In this document: positions 1-13,010 of the stretch, piece after piece
How positions within the stretch are numbered: position 1 is the stretch's first letter
How the letters are laid out: each line of letters begins with the position of its first letter
Assembly: GCA_020137815.1 (NCBI GenBank)
Contig: CM035355.1
Coordinates: 1,550,001 to 1,614,000 of the forward strand
Length of the DNA stretch: 64,000 nucleotides
DNA from: Hormiphora californensis
Lineage: Eukaryota > Animalia > Ctenophora
Direction: 5' to 3'
Made by a program: the position numbers and the translations under genes
Notes under the pieces: generated by a model
Told to the model about the DNA's origin: nothing
The model's input: the letters and a program-made list of their open reading frames with translations, nothing else
Databases searched by the model: none

Positions 1-144
1 AAGCACTCATGCCTTTGGGTAATTCATTTAAGTTTGTTCAAGTGTGCTATTTGGCATAGTTCTGGAGATTTTGCGCACAATTGCGGCTAGGCGGTGCTTG
101 CTACGATATGAAAATTAGTGCTTCCGCATTCCGTCTTCTAGACC

Positions 145-1325
145 GGCAATTTCTCATTTGCCGCATACGGCGTCTAGACGGCGTCGCAACGCCGTCTAGA
201 CGGTGTCTAGACGGTATACCGTCTGGACGGGTTTCGGTGAAATCAGCTAAAAACGGTACCGAAATTGCTTGAGACGGGTTATAGACGGTATCAGACGGTC
301 TCTAGACGCGTTATAGACGGTATCAGACGGTGTTGCGACGGTATCAGACGGTCTCTAGACGGTGTCTAGACGGTACCGTCCCGGTGTCTAGACGGTGTCT
401 GGACGGTGTCTAGACGGTATCCGTCCGAAGTTGAGACGGCACGTCTGAAAATTGTACCAGACGTTGAGACGGACTTTTAGAACTCCGTCTGTATTTCAGA
501 CGGAGTTTTAAAAGTACGTCTCAACGCAGTCTAATGGAAAATCGATGAAAGTACCATCTAGACAACGTCTCAACTGAAACCGGTCAACATACCGTCTAGA
601 CAACTTCTCCAGCAATTTCGATACGAATACCGTCTAAACAACGTCTAGACAACGTCTTAAACACATGTAGTACATTCAATAGGCACACATCTACCACTAA
701 TTCCAACTGGCATGGGTAATCCAGAATGGTCTTCAAAAACGGTCGAGTCTAGACATCATTATTTGAGACGTTGTCTAGACGTTGTTTAGACGGTATTCGT
801 ATCGAAATTGCTGGAGAAGTTGTCTAGACGGTATTTGAAACTGAATCGCGAGATTCTGTTTAGACGTTGTCTAGACGGTATGTTGACCGGTTTCAGTTGA
901 GACGTTGTCTAGACGGTACTTTCATCGATTTTCCTTTAGACTGCGTTGAGACGTACTTTTAAAACTCCGTCTGAAATACAGACGGAGTTCTAAAAGTCCG
1001 TCTCAACGTCTGGTACAATTTTCAGACGTGCCGTCTCAACTTCGGACGGATACCGTCTAGACACCGTCCAGACACCGTCTAGACACCGGGACGGTACCGT
1101 CTAGACACCGTCTAGAGACCGTCTGATACCGTCGCAACACCGTCTGATACCGTCTATAACCCGTCTAGAGACCGTCTGATACCGTCTATAACCCGTCTCA
1201 AGCAATTTCGGTACCGTTTTTAGCTGATTTCACCGAAACCCGTCCAGACGGTATACCGTCTAGACACCGTCTAGACGGCGTTGCGACGCCGTCTAGACGC
1301 CGTATGCGGCAAATGAGAAATTGCC
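145..1325. mobile_element. Non-autonomous foldback DNA transposon (MULE/Merlin-like), arms of about 500 bp rich in TCTAGACGG repeats
   Basis: Termini GGCAATTTCTCATTTG...CAAATGAGAAATTGCC. 9-bp TSD TTCTAGACC at 136-144 and 1326-1334. No transposase. Confidence 0.85.
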
Positions 1326-1722
1326 TTCTAGACCCTACTATAATACTACCAGCATATGAGGTACAGTGATGCATATAACCAGTGCAGAAATTTGGGGTTA
1401 AAGTCCACCCTGCCAAGTTTTTTATGATCGAGGAAAGGATAAATAGTAACGACATTTGTTCCAAAGACCAAAATCAACTTAATAATAATTCATAAAGATA
1501 TCATACATAAGAAGACAGAAGTTGTATATAACAGAAAGTAGAAGAAGTTCTAAGATATTTCATTGTCAAGATAGTAAATAACCCGCGGAGGACTGAATCA
1601 AGAGCATGCAAAACAAAACGTATTTCGCCGACACGTCGACAACTGCCGCACCACATTGTTGAGTAACTCAACAAACACCACCCTGGTTGTTTCTTCTTCT
1701 TGTTGAGTGAACAAGTAGTTGG

Positions 1723-4700
1723 TTACTGCAGGTTAACCTCTGAGTTCAGCAACTTTCCAACTGTGCCAGTCACGTAATCTAAAAGAAAGAAGTTGCGTAA
1801 CGGAAAGAAGTTGAATTCACCACTGAGCAGCCACTGCTGCTGGAGAGTTATTTCATCTAACTAAAAACACACTTTACAACGAAATAATACAACACACTTT
1901 ATATCTTTTAGACTACTATTTTTTAGACTACTTTAATTCTACCTGAAAAGTCGACTAGCTTCTGAAGGCGTCGCTTCTTGTTCACACAGGCAAAGTAAAC
2001 GGGGATCCCACCGAAGAGGGTTATCGCCACCCAGAGTGCGTTGAGTTTCACGTCATCACCGAACCAGGGTATAATGAACATGTACAGTCCGAACGTGGCG
2101 GTTAAAATGGGGAACACGATGGGAACCTGAGTTATAATGAGCTAATGTAAATATGAAGTAGGGTAGAACAACCTTCCAGAGTGATGGAATGTTTCTAGAA
2201 AATGACAAAACAAGGAGTTTTATATTCAGCTGATTCCTATACCTTGACTGGACGAGGGTGGTCAGGTTTGGTATATCTCATTACCACAACCCCAATGGCA
2301 CATAAAGTAGTAAAGGCAAAGCTTGTGAAGGTTGCTGCGTTTATTAGGCTGGATAAGTCCCCGATTAGGATGAACAGGGTTGTTGCACACGCCTGGAATT
2401 ATTGTCCATCATGTCACAATCTTGGTGACATAATATAGGATATAGTATAGGTCATAGTGATAGACACCTATGTCACCAAGTCACAATCAATTTATGTAGT
2501 ACCGGTCAGTTTGTCATATTAATTTAATTTTGTTAGATAAGTTAAACATCGTTCATTACCATGTATGCGAGTGCAAAAAGGGGTGTTCTGAATCGTTTGT
2601 TGATAAGTCCAAAGATGCCAGGGAGGACTCCCTGTGCCCCGGCAGCCTGAAGGTATCTGCTAGTGGCCAGGAGAGCACACATTGTGTTTCCCAGCACTGA
2701 TACCGTAACAGCAACTGCGAAAAATACCACACCACTCTGTCCTAGATAACGTTCAGCCACGGCCTGAGAGAGGAAACTGATTTAAGAATTTATATCGAAT
2801 ATGTTTACAATCTGTAGAAGTAGAACAGTTGATGTGCTTCAACACTTTTCTCCATACAATACAAGGTGGGCCACGGATTGTTGGTCATGGTTAGCGAGGT
2901 GGTGCGTCAAAACGGTGATAGTTGTGAGAATAAAAATTATGGGAGCACTCTGGATCAATTCCTTGGTAACTTTTTCCATAATTTTTTGTCAAAAATTCGA
3001 AAATTCATTTTTCATTCCTTCATTCATTTCTCGTTCATTCATGATGTGAGCATCCTAATTTTCCATCATTATGCTATTTTTCTTTGGCTTGAATTTATCT
3101 TTCCAATGAGCACCATAAAAATGAAATTGAAGCACCAGGTCACGCAGCAGTTGAGAAAATGTTCATGCATGATTTTGGCTCTTTTTGCGACTTTCAAACA
3201 GCTGTATCACGGCTACCTTTCGTTCAATCTTCTTAAAACTTTGGGAAAACATTGGATAAGCAAAGATCTTTGCTCACAAGAAAAATCAAGGTCAAAGATC
3301 AAAGTTCATTTTTCATTTTTGTTAGTTCATTCCGTTCATTCAGGAACCAACATCCCTAAAGTGATGAAAAGGTTTGGGTTTTGTTTGGCCCATGTCTTGC
3401 AATGACAGAGAGGTGTAATATCGTGTTTCCGGGCTAGTTTGTGGGTGTCCATGTGATCATGATGATATCTGACACCTTTTCTGAGCCATAATTAAGGGAT
3501 TTTACCAAATTCAAGCATGTAACTTGGTTTTTCTGCGACTAGTACCGGTCGACAATGTTATGAGATCTCATAACACCTCAAAAATGATGATTAGCTCAAT
3601 GAAATGAGTTGATTTATGATCAAAATCGTTCGTTTTGTTCAATTTGACATCGGTTTTAATTTTTTTCAATCATAAATCAACTCATTTCATTGAGCTAATC
3701 ATCATTTTTGATGTTTTATGAGATCTCATAACATTGTCGCACAGTACAAATCGCAGAAAAACCAAGTTGCATGCTTGAATTTGAGAAATTCCCTTAATTA
3801 TGGCTCAGAAAAGGTGTCAGATATCATCATGATCACATGGACACCCACAAACTAGCCCGGAAACACGATATTACACCTCTCTGACATTGCAAGACATGGG
3901 CCAAACAAAACCCAAACCTTTTCATCACTTTAGGGATGTTGGTTCCTGAATGAACGGAATGAACTAACAAAAATGAAAAATGAACTTTGATCTTTGACCT
4001 TGATTTTTCTTGTGAGCAAAGATCTTTGCTTATCCAATGTTTTCCCAAAGTTTTAAGAAGATTGAACGAGAGGTAGCCGTGATACAGCTGTTTGAAAGTC
4101 GCAAAAAGAGCCAAAATCATGCATGAACATTTTCTCAACTGCTGCTTGACCTCGTGCTTCAATTTCATTTTTATGGTGCTCACTGGAAAGATAAATTCAA
4201 GCCAAAGAAAAATAGCATAATGATGGAAAATTAGGATGCTCACATCATGAATGAACGAGAAATGAATGAAGGAATGAAAAATGAATTTTCGAATTTTTGA
4301 CAAAAAAATATGGAAAAAGTTACCAAGGAATTGATCCAGAGTGCTCCCATAATTTTTATTCTCACAACTATCACCGTTTTGACGCACCACCTCGCTAACC
4401 ATGACCAACAATCCGTGGCCCACCTTGTATAAACCAAAAAATGAATGAAAAAGAACATTTATCGTGAAACTAGCAAAAGACCCTTATAAATAGCTGCTAT
4501 AAACGCCCCCTTTTTGATCAGGGTATTAGTTAATTAACTGTGAAACTTACACTGGCGACAGCAACATCAGGATTGTTCATTACATTGAGGGGAAGAACTG
4601 TGTGGTAACTAATAATGACCAGCATGTAGAATGTTGTTACTATCGACAAAGATAAACCAACGATCTTCGGCAATAACCTTTTATTTAGGGAAGAGAGAGA

Positions 4701-6485
4701 GTTGGAATTACAAGATCTAGCTAATTATTTAATTAATTTGTAATCCACAAAGTACAATATAAATATTGTTGAGTAACTTACTAAACAAAATTAACTAGGA
4801 AAAGGATTTAAAACTCACGAGGGATCCCTCACTTCCCCCAATAAGATGCACACAACATTCCACCCATTGTAACTCCACAAAACCGAGTTCCATGCGTTTC
4901 CCCACTTTTGTGGATTCAGATCGGTTCCATTAAACCCCACTTTGAGATTTTCCACATTTCCTGGAACATTTTGCAGAATATTAGGTTACCACTAGACTGC
5001 TGGATCACTACCAGGCAATATGATAGATCTATTTCGATAATTATTTCCAAACCAATATACCATATTACCTTTCCCAAGTTCGATCATTCCGATGACAATA
5101 ATGACAGATACGGCTATTAGTTTAGCTACTGTAACCACGTTGATCACTTTCAATGTGATCTTAGGATAGGTGGCTATCGTTATGATAATTACCCCTGTAG
5201 AAAATAATTGCTATTTAATGGGAAATATGCTGGCAGATGATACTCGTATATCATCACAAATAATACCACATGAGGTTTTGTTCTATCCTGGATAGTATTT
5301 GGTGACATTGACACCTAGTGCGAGCGAGATCGAGGTCGCTCTGTGAAGCAGACAGGTAGGCACTGCTATTGCACTTACAAAGAACCGCGAGGCACACAGC
5401 CTTGTCCAGGATCCATGGAGGATGGGCATCTTTTTCTGAGTCATAGAAAATTTCCCAAAAGTATTTGGAGAAGGAAAGGAATTGAATTGCTCGTCCTTGA
5501 AATTAAATAATTATTATCAGGATTATTGGAAATGAATATCACGTCTGCTTGATTGTTTTACTTACTCAATCCACCGATTACAAGCTGCAACAAAAAACAG
5601 GATAGGAAGGACACCATAGCACCATATGCTTTTCGTAGATAAGTTATCTAGAAGGGATCATATCATATGCATATGATTAGAACTTGTTGAGGGGTATAAA
5701 ACCCCTACCAAACTGTTAGCCATGGGTTAGTTATTCATATTCAATACACTGTAATTAATTGTTTGAGATGCTAATCAATTAAATAATTAGTTGACCTACC
5801 TCTGCACCGTTACTGGGAAACATTGTCCCCAATTCACAGAATGTTATCCCTCCAATAGTGGCGACAATACCACCTCCAAGCCATATTAAGATGGACATGC
5901 CCGGAGATTTGACGTTGATAGAAATCTGGTTGGGTGTGATGAATACACCTAGGGAGGGGTTGTTGAGAAAGTGGTGGTCAAATTTAACAAGTAGAGGGCG
6001 GATTTCTGATTGATATACCAGGGATGAGAATAGCGGGAAGTATAAAATTTTAGACCCAACTTCCCACTACCGACCCTACATCAATGTTGTCACGTCACCT
6101 GATCCAATTAAATTGTGTCACCTGATCCAATGATAGTGCTGACGATGATACATGTTCCTCTGAGAAGTGTTATATTCTTTTCCATTGTTACTTTCCCTTC
6201 TTCTTCTCCAGTTTTCACGTCCACTTCTGCAGTATCTCTACGAGTAAACTAGTTTTAATATCTAATATCTATCAGATCACATCACATCCCTTAATATTGT
6301 AACTCTCTTGATGATACTTCCACCTTACTATTTAGTAATATTAACGACCTTGGTCCGGGAAGGACGGATTCTGCATTCACTTACGCGGCTGGATTAGCAA
6401 AGATAGTGGCGGGGGAGGTGGTCCGCGGTGGGTTAAAGTTGTTAATTGGGTCATCATCAACAGGGGTTACCTTTTCTTCCCCCAT
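1723..6485 (-). CDS. SLC7/APC-family L-type amino acid transporter light chain (multi-exon)
   Basis: Exons encode MGEEKVTP..., TLLRGTCIIVSTIIGSG/VFITP, GGITFCELGTMFPSNGAE, LLATSRYLQAAGAQGVLP...RTP and a C-terminal LLNSEVNLQ*, with GT-AG boundaries. Confidence 0.88.
2862..4427. mobile_element. Foldback MITE, Tc1/mariner-type, in an SLC7 intron
   Basis: CAAGGTGGGCC...GGCCCACCTTG termini with TA flanks. Near-identical inverted arms of about 760 bp explain the mirror ORFs at 2866 and 4423. Confidence 0.85.
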
Positions 6486-7786
6486 TTCACTGATCACTGA
6501 ACGGTTGTACACACTAGTTTACAATATCAAGTATCAATACCGTACGACACTATTCGATAAACTGACTGACTATGTATGCCGTATGGTGTCCAAATGATCA
6601 GGCATACGTTTAAAAGAGAATTTCAGGAAGAATCCAACACAACCGGCATAACAATTAATAGCTGTATAGCTTTCCGAAAAATATGACAGATAAGACTCTT
6701 ATGGGGAAGATATCATGAATCATTGCACCCTAATTATTGGTCACTTCCAGTTGTGCGAGCTGATAGAAGGACTGGATGGTAGCTTCGGAAACTTTCTAGT
6801 TATACATGCAGTCATAATATTCTCAACTAATCAGCGGAACGGAAGGACACACAGGACAAATAAATCTGAGAGAAATGAATGAGATCCATGATCATGTGAC
6901 TGCAGTGTAATTTTCGGAAAGAAAAGAGCCAAGTATGAAGCTGAACTGCTGAAGATTATTACTGCCGCGGCGACTTTAATTTTCTCAGCTACTACCGGAT
7001 CAGAGGAGTCTGAAGCCCTAAAAGCTGTTCTAAACAGTAACACGCCTTCGCTGATAAAACTCGAAACTTTTTATCGGGGTACGAGACTACGGGGCATTGA
7101 TTTGAAACAGAAGACACGTGATTTTTATAACGCAAGAGAGAGAGAAGGAATTATTCTGAATCAATCTCTGGAACTGATAAAGAAATAAAACAATTCGTAT
7201 GGCGAACAGGACGTGGGAGGACTTTACTTCTAATTTACTATCACCAGAGTTGCAAGATTCAATAGACTGTCTCAGAAAAGTACTCCGACTGCAGTATCAA
7301 TCATCATTTTATGTGCTATCATGCTGTCTAAATCCTTCAGAATTCTAATAAAAGTTTTCAATTTCAACGAAAATTAAACCAAAACCACAACTGGTTGGGT
7401 GGATCGCGATCCCAATGACCTCACACTTCGCCACCCCTACTACCTCTCTCCCTCTCTCTCTGCCAGTGCCATTCAGTGCCACCCCATGCGTTTATTATAT
7501 GATAGAAATATGGCTTATTTGCGGAATCTAATGGTTATGTAACTAAATAAACCATGATCAGAACTTCATTACAGATCCTTTTCTAATTCAATTCAGTTAT
7601 ATGGACTAGGTATAACATTCAGCATGGTTCACACATAACATACACACATTACAAACGCGTTCCCCTCTCCAGCTCCCATCTAACTATTTAGTATTTAGAT
7701 ATATCATCTCTCTCTCAGGGGCGGCGGAGGTAAAGCCATATGTGAATGATATCTGGCAAACAGATTCTAAAAACTTGACTGTCCAC

Positions 7787-8253
7787 GAGACAGAGAGACA
7801 AAGAGACAAAGAGATAGAGGGACAGAGAGACAGAGAGACAGAGAGACAGAGAGACAGAGAGACAGAGAGACAGAGAGACAGACAGACAGAGAGACAGAGA
7901 GACAGAGACAGAGAGACAGAGAGACAGAGAGACAGAGACAGAGACAGAGACAGAGACAGAGACAGAGACAGAGACAGAGACAGAGACAGAGACAGAGACA
8001 GAGACAGAGACAGAGACAGAGACAGAGACAGAGACAGAGACAGAGACAGAGACAGAGACAGAGACAGAGACAGAGACAGAGACAGAGACAGAGACAGAGA
8101 CAGAGACAGAGACAGAGACAGAGACAGAGACAGAGACAGAGACAGAGACAGAGACAGAGACAGAGACAGAGACAGAGACAGAGACAGAGACAGAGACAGA
8201 GACAGAGACAGAGACAGAGACAGAGACAGAGACAGAGACAGAGATAGAGACAG
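7787..8253. repeat. (AGAGAC)n microsatellite
   Basis: Visible tandem repeat; the RD and LC ORFs are artefacts of it. Confidence 0.95.
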
Positions 8254-8270
8254 ATCAATACCCTTCTTCT

Positions 8271-8327
8271 CTGTCAGGCCAATGCTCTGACCACAGTTCT
8301 CGCACGCTCAGGCCAATGCTCTGACAG
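8271..8327 (+). mobile_element. 57-bp micro-transposon (CTGTCAG-GCCAATGCT-CTGAC family)
   Basis: 7-bp TIR CTGTCAG/CTGACAG; 8-bp TSD CTTCTTCT on both sides. Confidence 0.8.
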
Positions 8328-8760
8328 CTTCTTCTTGAAGTTCAACGCGAGAGTTGAACTCTCAGTGTCACGTTTGATTTGTTGTGAGTATGATTATTCA
8401 GGGAATTAAATCGTAAATGTTAATATTGATAACATAATTTCAATCTTTTTAGTATAAACGGGAAAATAAGGCCAAATTGACGTAGCGCGCGAAAGAATAA
8501 TCTTTACAATTACGCGGCTCAAAACAGGGTGTGCGCGTTTTTGAGGGGTTTTGTAATTTTTCAACAGCTCAGTTTTTTTTTAATGTTTCAAAGTTTTCCA
8601 GAGACTTGGCGAATTTACACTTTACATTTTCCGGTTTCCCCCGATGTTCTCCTCTAGCTCTACCCCCTTTTTCCGTGTCCCAGCACATTATCCATGGTAC
8701 ATCCGTAAACGTTATTTTCCGTAAACGTTATTTTCCGTGAGCTTTATTTTCCACAGGTAA

Positions 8761-9213
8761 GCTAAGAACAAAGTGCTAACCATGCTCCAACTCAAAAACC
8801 CATGGCTCAAGACTGAAGAGGTAACCATCGTGTACATCAAAAGTCACTATCGGAATAAGGATAAATGTACCATTGGCCTTCGTCTACCGATTCCCGCACA
8901 ACAGCGTCTCCTTGACGCCGGTAAAGTATACTATGCAACATCCCGACTTAATGTTGTGGAACGTTTCCACATTCCACAGTGCATCAAATGCCACCGCTTC
9001 AACCACAGGACCACTGAGTGCACCAGCTCAGTACTAGTTTGCAAACTATGTGGAGATAATCATGATGTCAAGGACTGTACCGATAGGAAAAAACTGTTTT
9101 GTATTAACTGTAGTAGTTCTGATACATTCAAGTCCGAGGCCAGCCGTCACCACAGTGGAGATAGATTGTGCCCTGTCCGCAAACAGTTGCAGCAGTTACA
9201 TTCAAAAAACTAG
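8761..9213 (+). CDS. LINE ORF1 C-terminal part (three zinc knuckles), 5'-truncated
   Basis: CIKCHRFNHRTTEC, CKLCGDNHDVKDC, CINC...HHSGDRLC; ends HSKN*. Confidence 0.85.
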   Translation, partial: AKNKVLTMLQLKNPWLKTEEVTIVYIKSHYRNKDKCTIGLRLPIPAQQRLLDAGKVYYATSRLNVVERFHIPQCIKCHRFNHRTTECTSSVLVCKLCGDNHDVKDCTDRKKLFCINCSSSDTFKSEASRHHSGDRLCPVRKQLQQLHSKN

Positions 9214-12149
9214 ATTTGCTCAATGTCCCCTATCTTCGCATCGGTAATCTTAATTGCTGCTCACTGCGAAACAAAACTGAAGAAGTACTAATTCTAGCCG
9301 CCGAACAAGAACTAGATGTACTATGCATTACTGAGTCCTGGTTATCCCCTAACGATGAGGCCCTCTCAAGAGAAATCGCTGAGCTGAACTTCAATTTACT
9401 CAATGTTGCTAGAGGTAGCAGAGGTGGGGGTGTGGCACTCATTTATAGGGATGGAATAAATGTAAAGAAATGTAAACTGAAGAAAAAGTTCCTAACCTTT
9501 GAGCTTCTTGAAGCCACTATTTACGGTCCAGGTATTGACCTCACAAGAATAGCAGTACTCTACCGCCCCCCAAACCAACTTAAGCAGATACAGTTTCTGG
9601 ATGATTTTGAAGCTTTCTTGTCCTCTTTCTCTTCGAAGTCTGGCCATCTGATGATAACCGGGGATTTCAATGTACACATCGAAAAGCCTACATGCACTCT
9701 TGCAAACGGTTTCCTGCAAACCTTGGAAGACCATGGATGGATCCAGCACGTTCAGGAACCCACCCATATCCTAGGAGGAACCCTGGACCTTGTATTGACG
9801 AAGGATGTCCCTATTGTAAGCTCTGTGAATGTTATCCCGACCCCCGAGGTTCCAGACCACTTTCTCGTTGACTTTCATCTACATTGTGGGTCAGCGAACA
9901 GGAAGCCAATCTCTAAGAAAGTTACTGGACGATCATTGAAGAAATTATCGATTGAAACCCTGAAAAACTACATACTCCAATCTAAACTCTGTAAACAACC
10001 TCTTCCGAAGACCGTTGAGGAGTGTGTTGAACTCTATAACACTACTCTTGTACAGATACTAGATGAACTGGCACCGATTGAGGATAAAGACATCAAACTC
10101 TCCAATAAACCACAGTGGTTCAATCAAGAGTGCTATGATGCCCTAAGAAGGCGAAGGAAGGCTGAGCGGAGATACAGAAAAGCCCTTAAACAAGCCCTAC
10201 AAAAGAAAAACAAAGGCAAACCCGTTCCCCACGACAAAGTGCTAGATGCAGAGAAGGAGTTTATCACTGAGATCCGTGCTGCCAAGCTTGTTTTTACTCG
10301 AGCTAGAAGAATGTTCTTCCAAATACGCCTTGAAGCGGCTGAAGGTAATCCTGCGGCTACCTATCAGATCCTTAACTATCTTCTTGGCAAGGAGAAAGTT
10401 CCGAAGCAGTTACCAACCACAGACGAGCCTGAGAAGCTTCCAGAGAAGATGATGGACTACTTTAAATCCAAGATCGAGAAGATATATGAGACAATTAAAG
10501 AGGACCCTGCTTACTCAGCTGATCTGCCGACTATTCCCCATGAACTATCTGCTCATAACTGCCCGGTACTCTCCAAGTTTAGGACAGTGTCTGACGCTGA
10601 ACTTGTATCAACTGTTCGGAGCATGAACAAGAAACACTGTCCTCTCGACCCTATTCCATCCACCATGGTAGGTGGTTCTCTGACAGAACTCGTCCCCATT
10701 ATCTCTAAGATTGTGAACGGTAGTCTATCGGACGGAGTGGTTCCAGTCAACTTAAAATCCGCTGTTATCCGACCCTCCTTGAAAAACAAAGAACTGGACC
10801 CAGACGAGCTCAGCAGCTACAGACCGATCTCTAATCTCTCCTTTGTGTCCAAGATCCTAGAAAAATGTGTTGCTGATCAACTCACTGAGCACATTGAGAG
10901 CAATGGTCTATTTAGCAAGGTTCAGTCTGCGTACCGCTCACATCATAGCTGTGAGACTGCAACATTGAAGATCGTAAACGACACTCTAATACAGATGGAC
11001 AAGAAAACAAAAGTGATCCTTGTGCTGCTCGATCTATCGGCAGCTTTTGACACTATATCTCACTCTAAGCTCATTCAACGTCTACAACAAGACTATGGAA
11101 TCACTGGCAGAGTTCTCAAATGGATAGAGTCTTATTTGAATGATAGAACTGCGATAGTGAAGATTGGACCGAACGAATCTGCCGCGACGACCATCAAAAT
11201 CGGAGTCCCTCAAGGATCGATATTGGGGCCCCTTCTCTTCATACTCTACACCCGTGACCTAGAGAAGATTGCTCAGCTGTACAATCTAAAGATACATATG
11301 TACGCAGATGATACACAGCTCTCTATATCTTTTGTGCCTCAAAACCTACTTTCAGCAATGAGCCAGGTACAAAAGTGTGTTGCCCATATCAGACTATGGA
11401 TGGCTCAAAATCTTCTTAAGTTGAATCCTAACAAGACGGAGGTCATGATACTTAAAAACAAATGGGATAAATCGGAAGCTCCTGATACAGTCGCCATAAC
11501 AGAAGATGAGGATACAGTTGTAACTGAAGTAGCCAAGAACCTGGGAGTAATATTTGATAAAGAGCTAAACATGACCAAGCATGTAACACGGATAGTCCAG
11601 ATGGGCAACCTACAGTTAATAAACATGTGGAGGATAGCTAGCAAGCTTAACAAGAATCAGAAGACTCTTCTTGTCAATACCCTGATACACTCCAGGATCG
11701 ATTACTGTAATGCCCTACTCCTTGGTTCGAAGGAATCTGATATAAAACGTCTCCAAGTACTCCAAAACAGGGCCACACGATTTATATACGGTCAGCGCAG
11801 CAGAAGAGGTGTAACCGAATTGAGAAAGAAATCCCACTTCCTTCCAATCAACCAACGCATCGAGTACAAAATGTGCCTAATGGTATACAATGCACTAAAT
11901 GGTAAATCTCCATGCTACATCACTGAGATGATCCAGAAGAGGCAGGCAAAGTCCAAGAAACTCAGAGTAGATGAAGACGACACAAGGTTAGAGGAGTACC
12001 ACTGCAAGTACAAGGTTACTGAGAAAGCATTTAGCATTGCTGCACCAAAACTCTGGAACAGACTTCCAAAATTAATCAGGAAATCGGAGTCTGTATCAAC
12101 ATTCAAGAAATCACTGAAGACTCATCTGTTCAACATTGCCTATGGCTGA
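9204..12149 (+). CDS. LINE ORF2 (APE endonuclease + reverse transcriptase), uninterrupted
   Basis: LCITESWL, GGGVAL, GDFN, LDLV, PDH (APE); YRPISNL, DLSAAFD, GVPQGSILGP, YADD (RT); L2-type end APKLWNRLP...FKKSLKTHLF. Confidence 0.95.
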   Translation, partial: KKLDLLNVPYLRIGNLNCCSLRNKTEEVLILAAEQELDVLCITESWLSPNDEALSREIAELNFNLLNVARGSRGGGVALIYRDGINVKKCKLKKKFLTFELLEATIYGPGIDLTRIAVLYRPPNQLKQIQFLDDFEAFLSSFSSKSGHLMITGDFNVHIEKPTCTLANGFLQTLEDHGWIQHVQEPTHILGGTLDLVLTKDVPIVSSVNVIPTPEVPDHFLVDFHLHCGSANRKPISKKVTGRSLKKLSIETLKNYILQSKLCKQPLPKTVEECVELYNTTLVQILDELAPIEDKDIKLSNKPQWFNQECYDALRRRRKAERRYRKALKQALQKKNKGKPVPHDKVLDAEKEFITEIRAAKLVFTRARRMFFQIRLEAAEGNPAATYQILNYLLGKEKVPKQLPTTDEPEKLPEKMMDYFKSKIEKIYETIKEDPAYSADLPTIPHELSAHNCPVLSKFRTVSDAELVSTVRSMNKKHCPLDPIPSTMVGGSLTELVPIISKIVNGSLSDGVVPVNLKSAVIRPSLKNKELDPDELSSYRPISNLSFVSKILEKCVADQLTEHIESNGLFSKVQSAYRSHHSCETATLKIVNDTLIQMDKKTKVILVLLDLSAAFDTISHSKLIQRLQQDYGITGRVLKWIESYLNDRTAIVKIGPNESAATTIKIGVPQGSILGPLLFILYTRDLEKIAQLYNLKIHMYADDTQLSISFVPQNLLSAMSQVQKCVAHIRLWMAQNLLKLNPNKTEVMILKNKWDKSEAPDTVAITEDEDTVVTEVAKNLGVIFDKELNMTKHVTRIVQMGNLQLINMWRIASKLNKNQKTLLVNTLIHSRIDYCNALLLGSKESDIKRLQVLQNRATRFIYGQRSRRGVTELRKKSHFLPINQRIEYKMCLMVYNALNGKSPCYITEMIQKRQAKSKKLRVDEDDTRLEEYHCKYKVTEKAFSIAAPKLWNRLPKLIRKSESVSTFKKSLKTHLFNIAYG

Positions 12150-12249
12150 CTTCTGATCCTATGATACCATACACGTCATATACATGACATGGTATGATCG
12201 TAACCTGAATGACCTTTTCGATTTCCTCTGACCTCAGAATCCTTTCCTA

Positions 12250-13010
12250 AATCCTATCCTCCACCACCCATCATATCCTCCACCATCCATCCTATCCTCC
12301 ACCTTTCGTTCTATCCTTCACCATCTGTCCTTTTCTCCACCATCCGTCCTATCCTCCACCATTCGTCCTATCCTCCACCATATGCTCTATCCTCCACCAT
12401 CCGTCCTATCCTCCACATTTCATCCTATCCTCCAACATTTGTCCTATCCTCCACCATCCGTCCTATCCTCGACCATTCGTCCTATCCTCCACCATCTGTC
12501 CTATCCTCCACCATCCGTCCTATCCTCGACCATTCGTCCTATCCTCCACCATCCATCCTATCCTCCACCATCCGTCCTATCCTCCACTATCCGTCATATC
12601 CTCCACTTTCGCCCTCTCCTCCACCATCTGTCCTACCCTCCACCGACCACCATTCGTCCTATCCAGTATCCTCCACCATCCGTCCTATCCTCCACCATCC
12701 GTCCTATCCTTCACCATCCGTCCTATCCTCCTCCTCCATCATCCGTCCTATCATCCACCATCTGTAATATCCTCCACCATCTGTCCCATCCTCCACCATT
12801 CGTCCTATCCTCGACCATCCGTCCTATCCTCCATCATCCGTCCCGTTTTCCACCACCCGTCCTATCCTCCACCATATGTCCCATCCTCCATCATCTGTCC
12901 AATCCCCCACCATCTTTCCTATCCTCCACCATCCATCCTTCACCATCCATCCTATCCTCCATCATCCTGTTCCTATCCTCCATCATCCGTCCTATTTCAC
13001 CACCATCCTG
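12250..13010. repeat. About 19-bp minisatellite (CCATCCGTCCTATCCTCCA)n
   Basis: Degenerate tandem array just downstream of LINE ORF2. Confidence 0.9.

Noticed and set aside
2866-4423. Mirror 179/196-aa ORFs as genes
   Set aside because: They are the two arms of a foldback element and show no domain.
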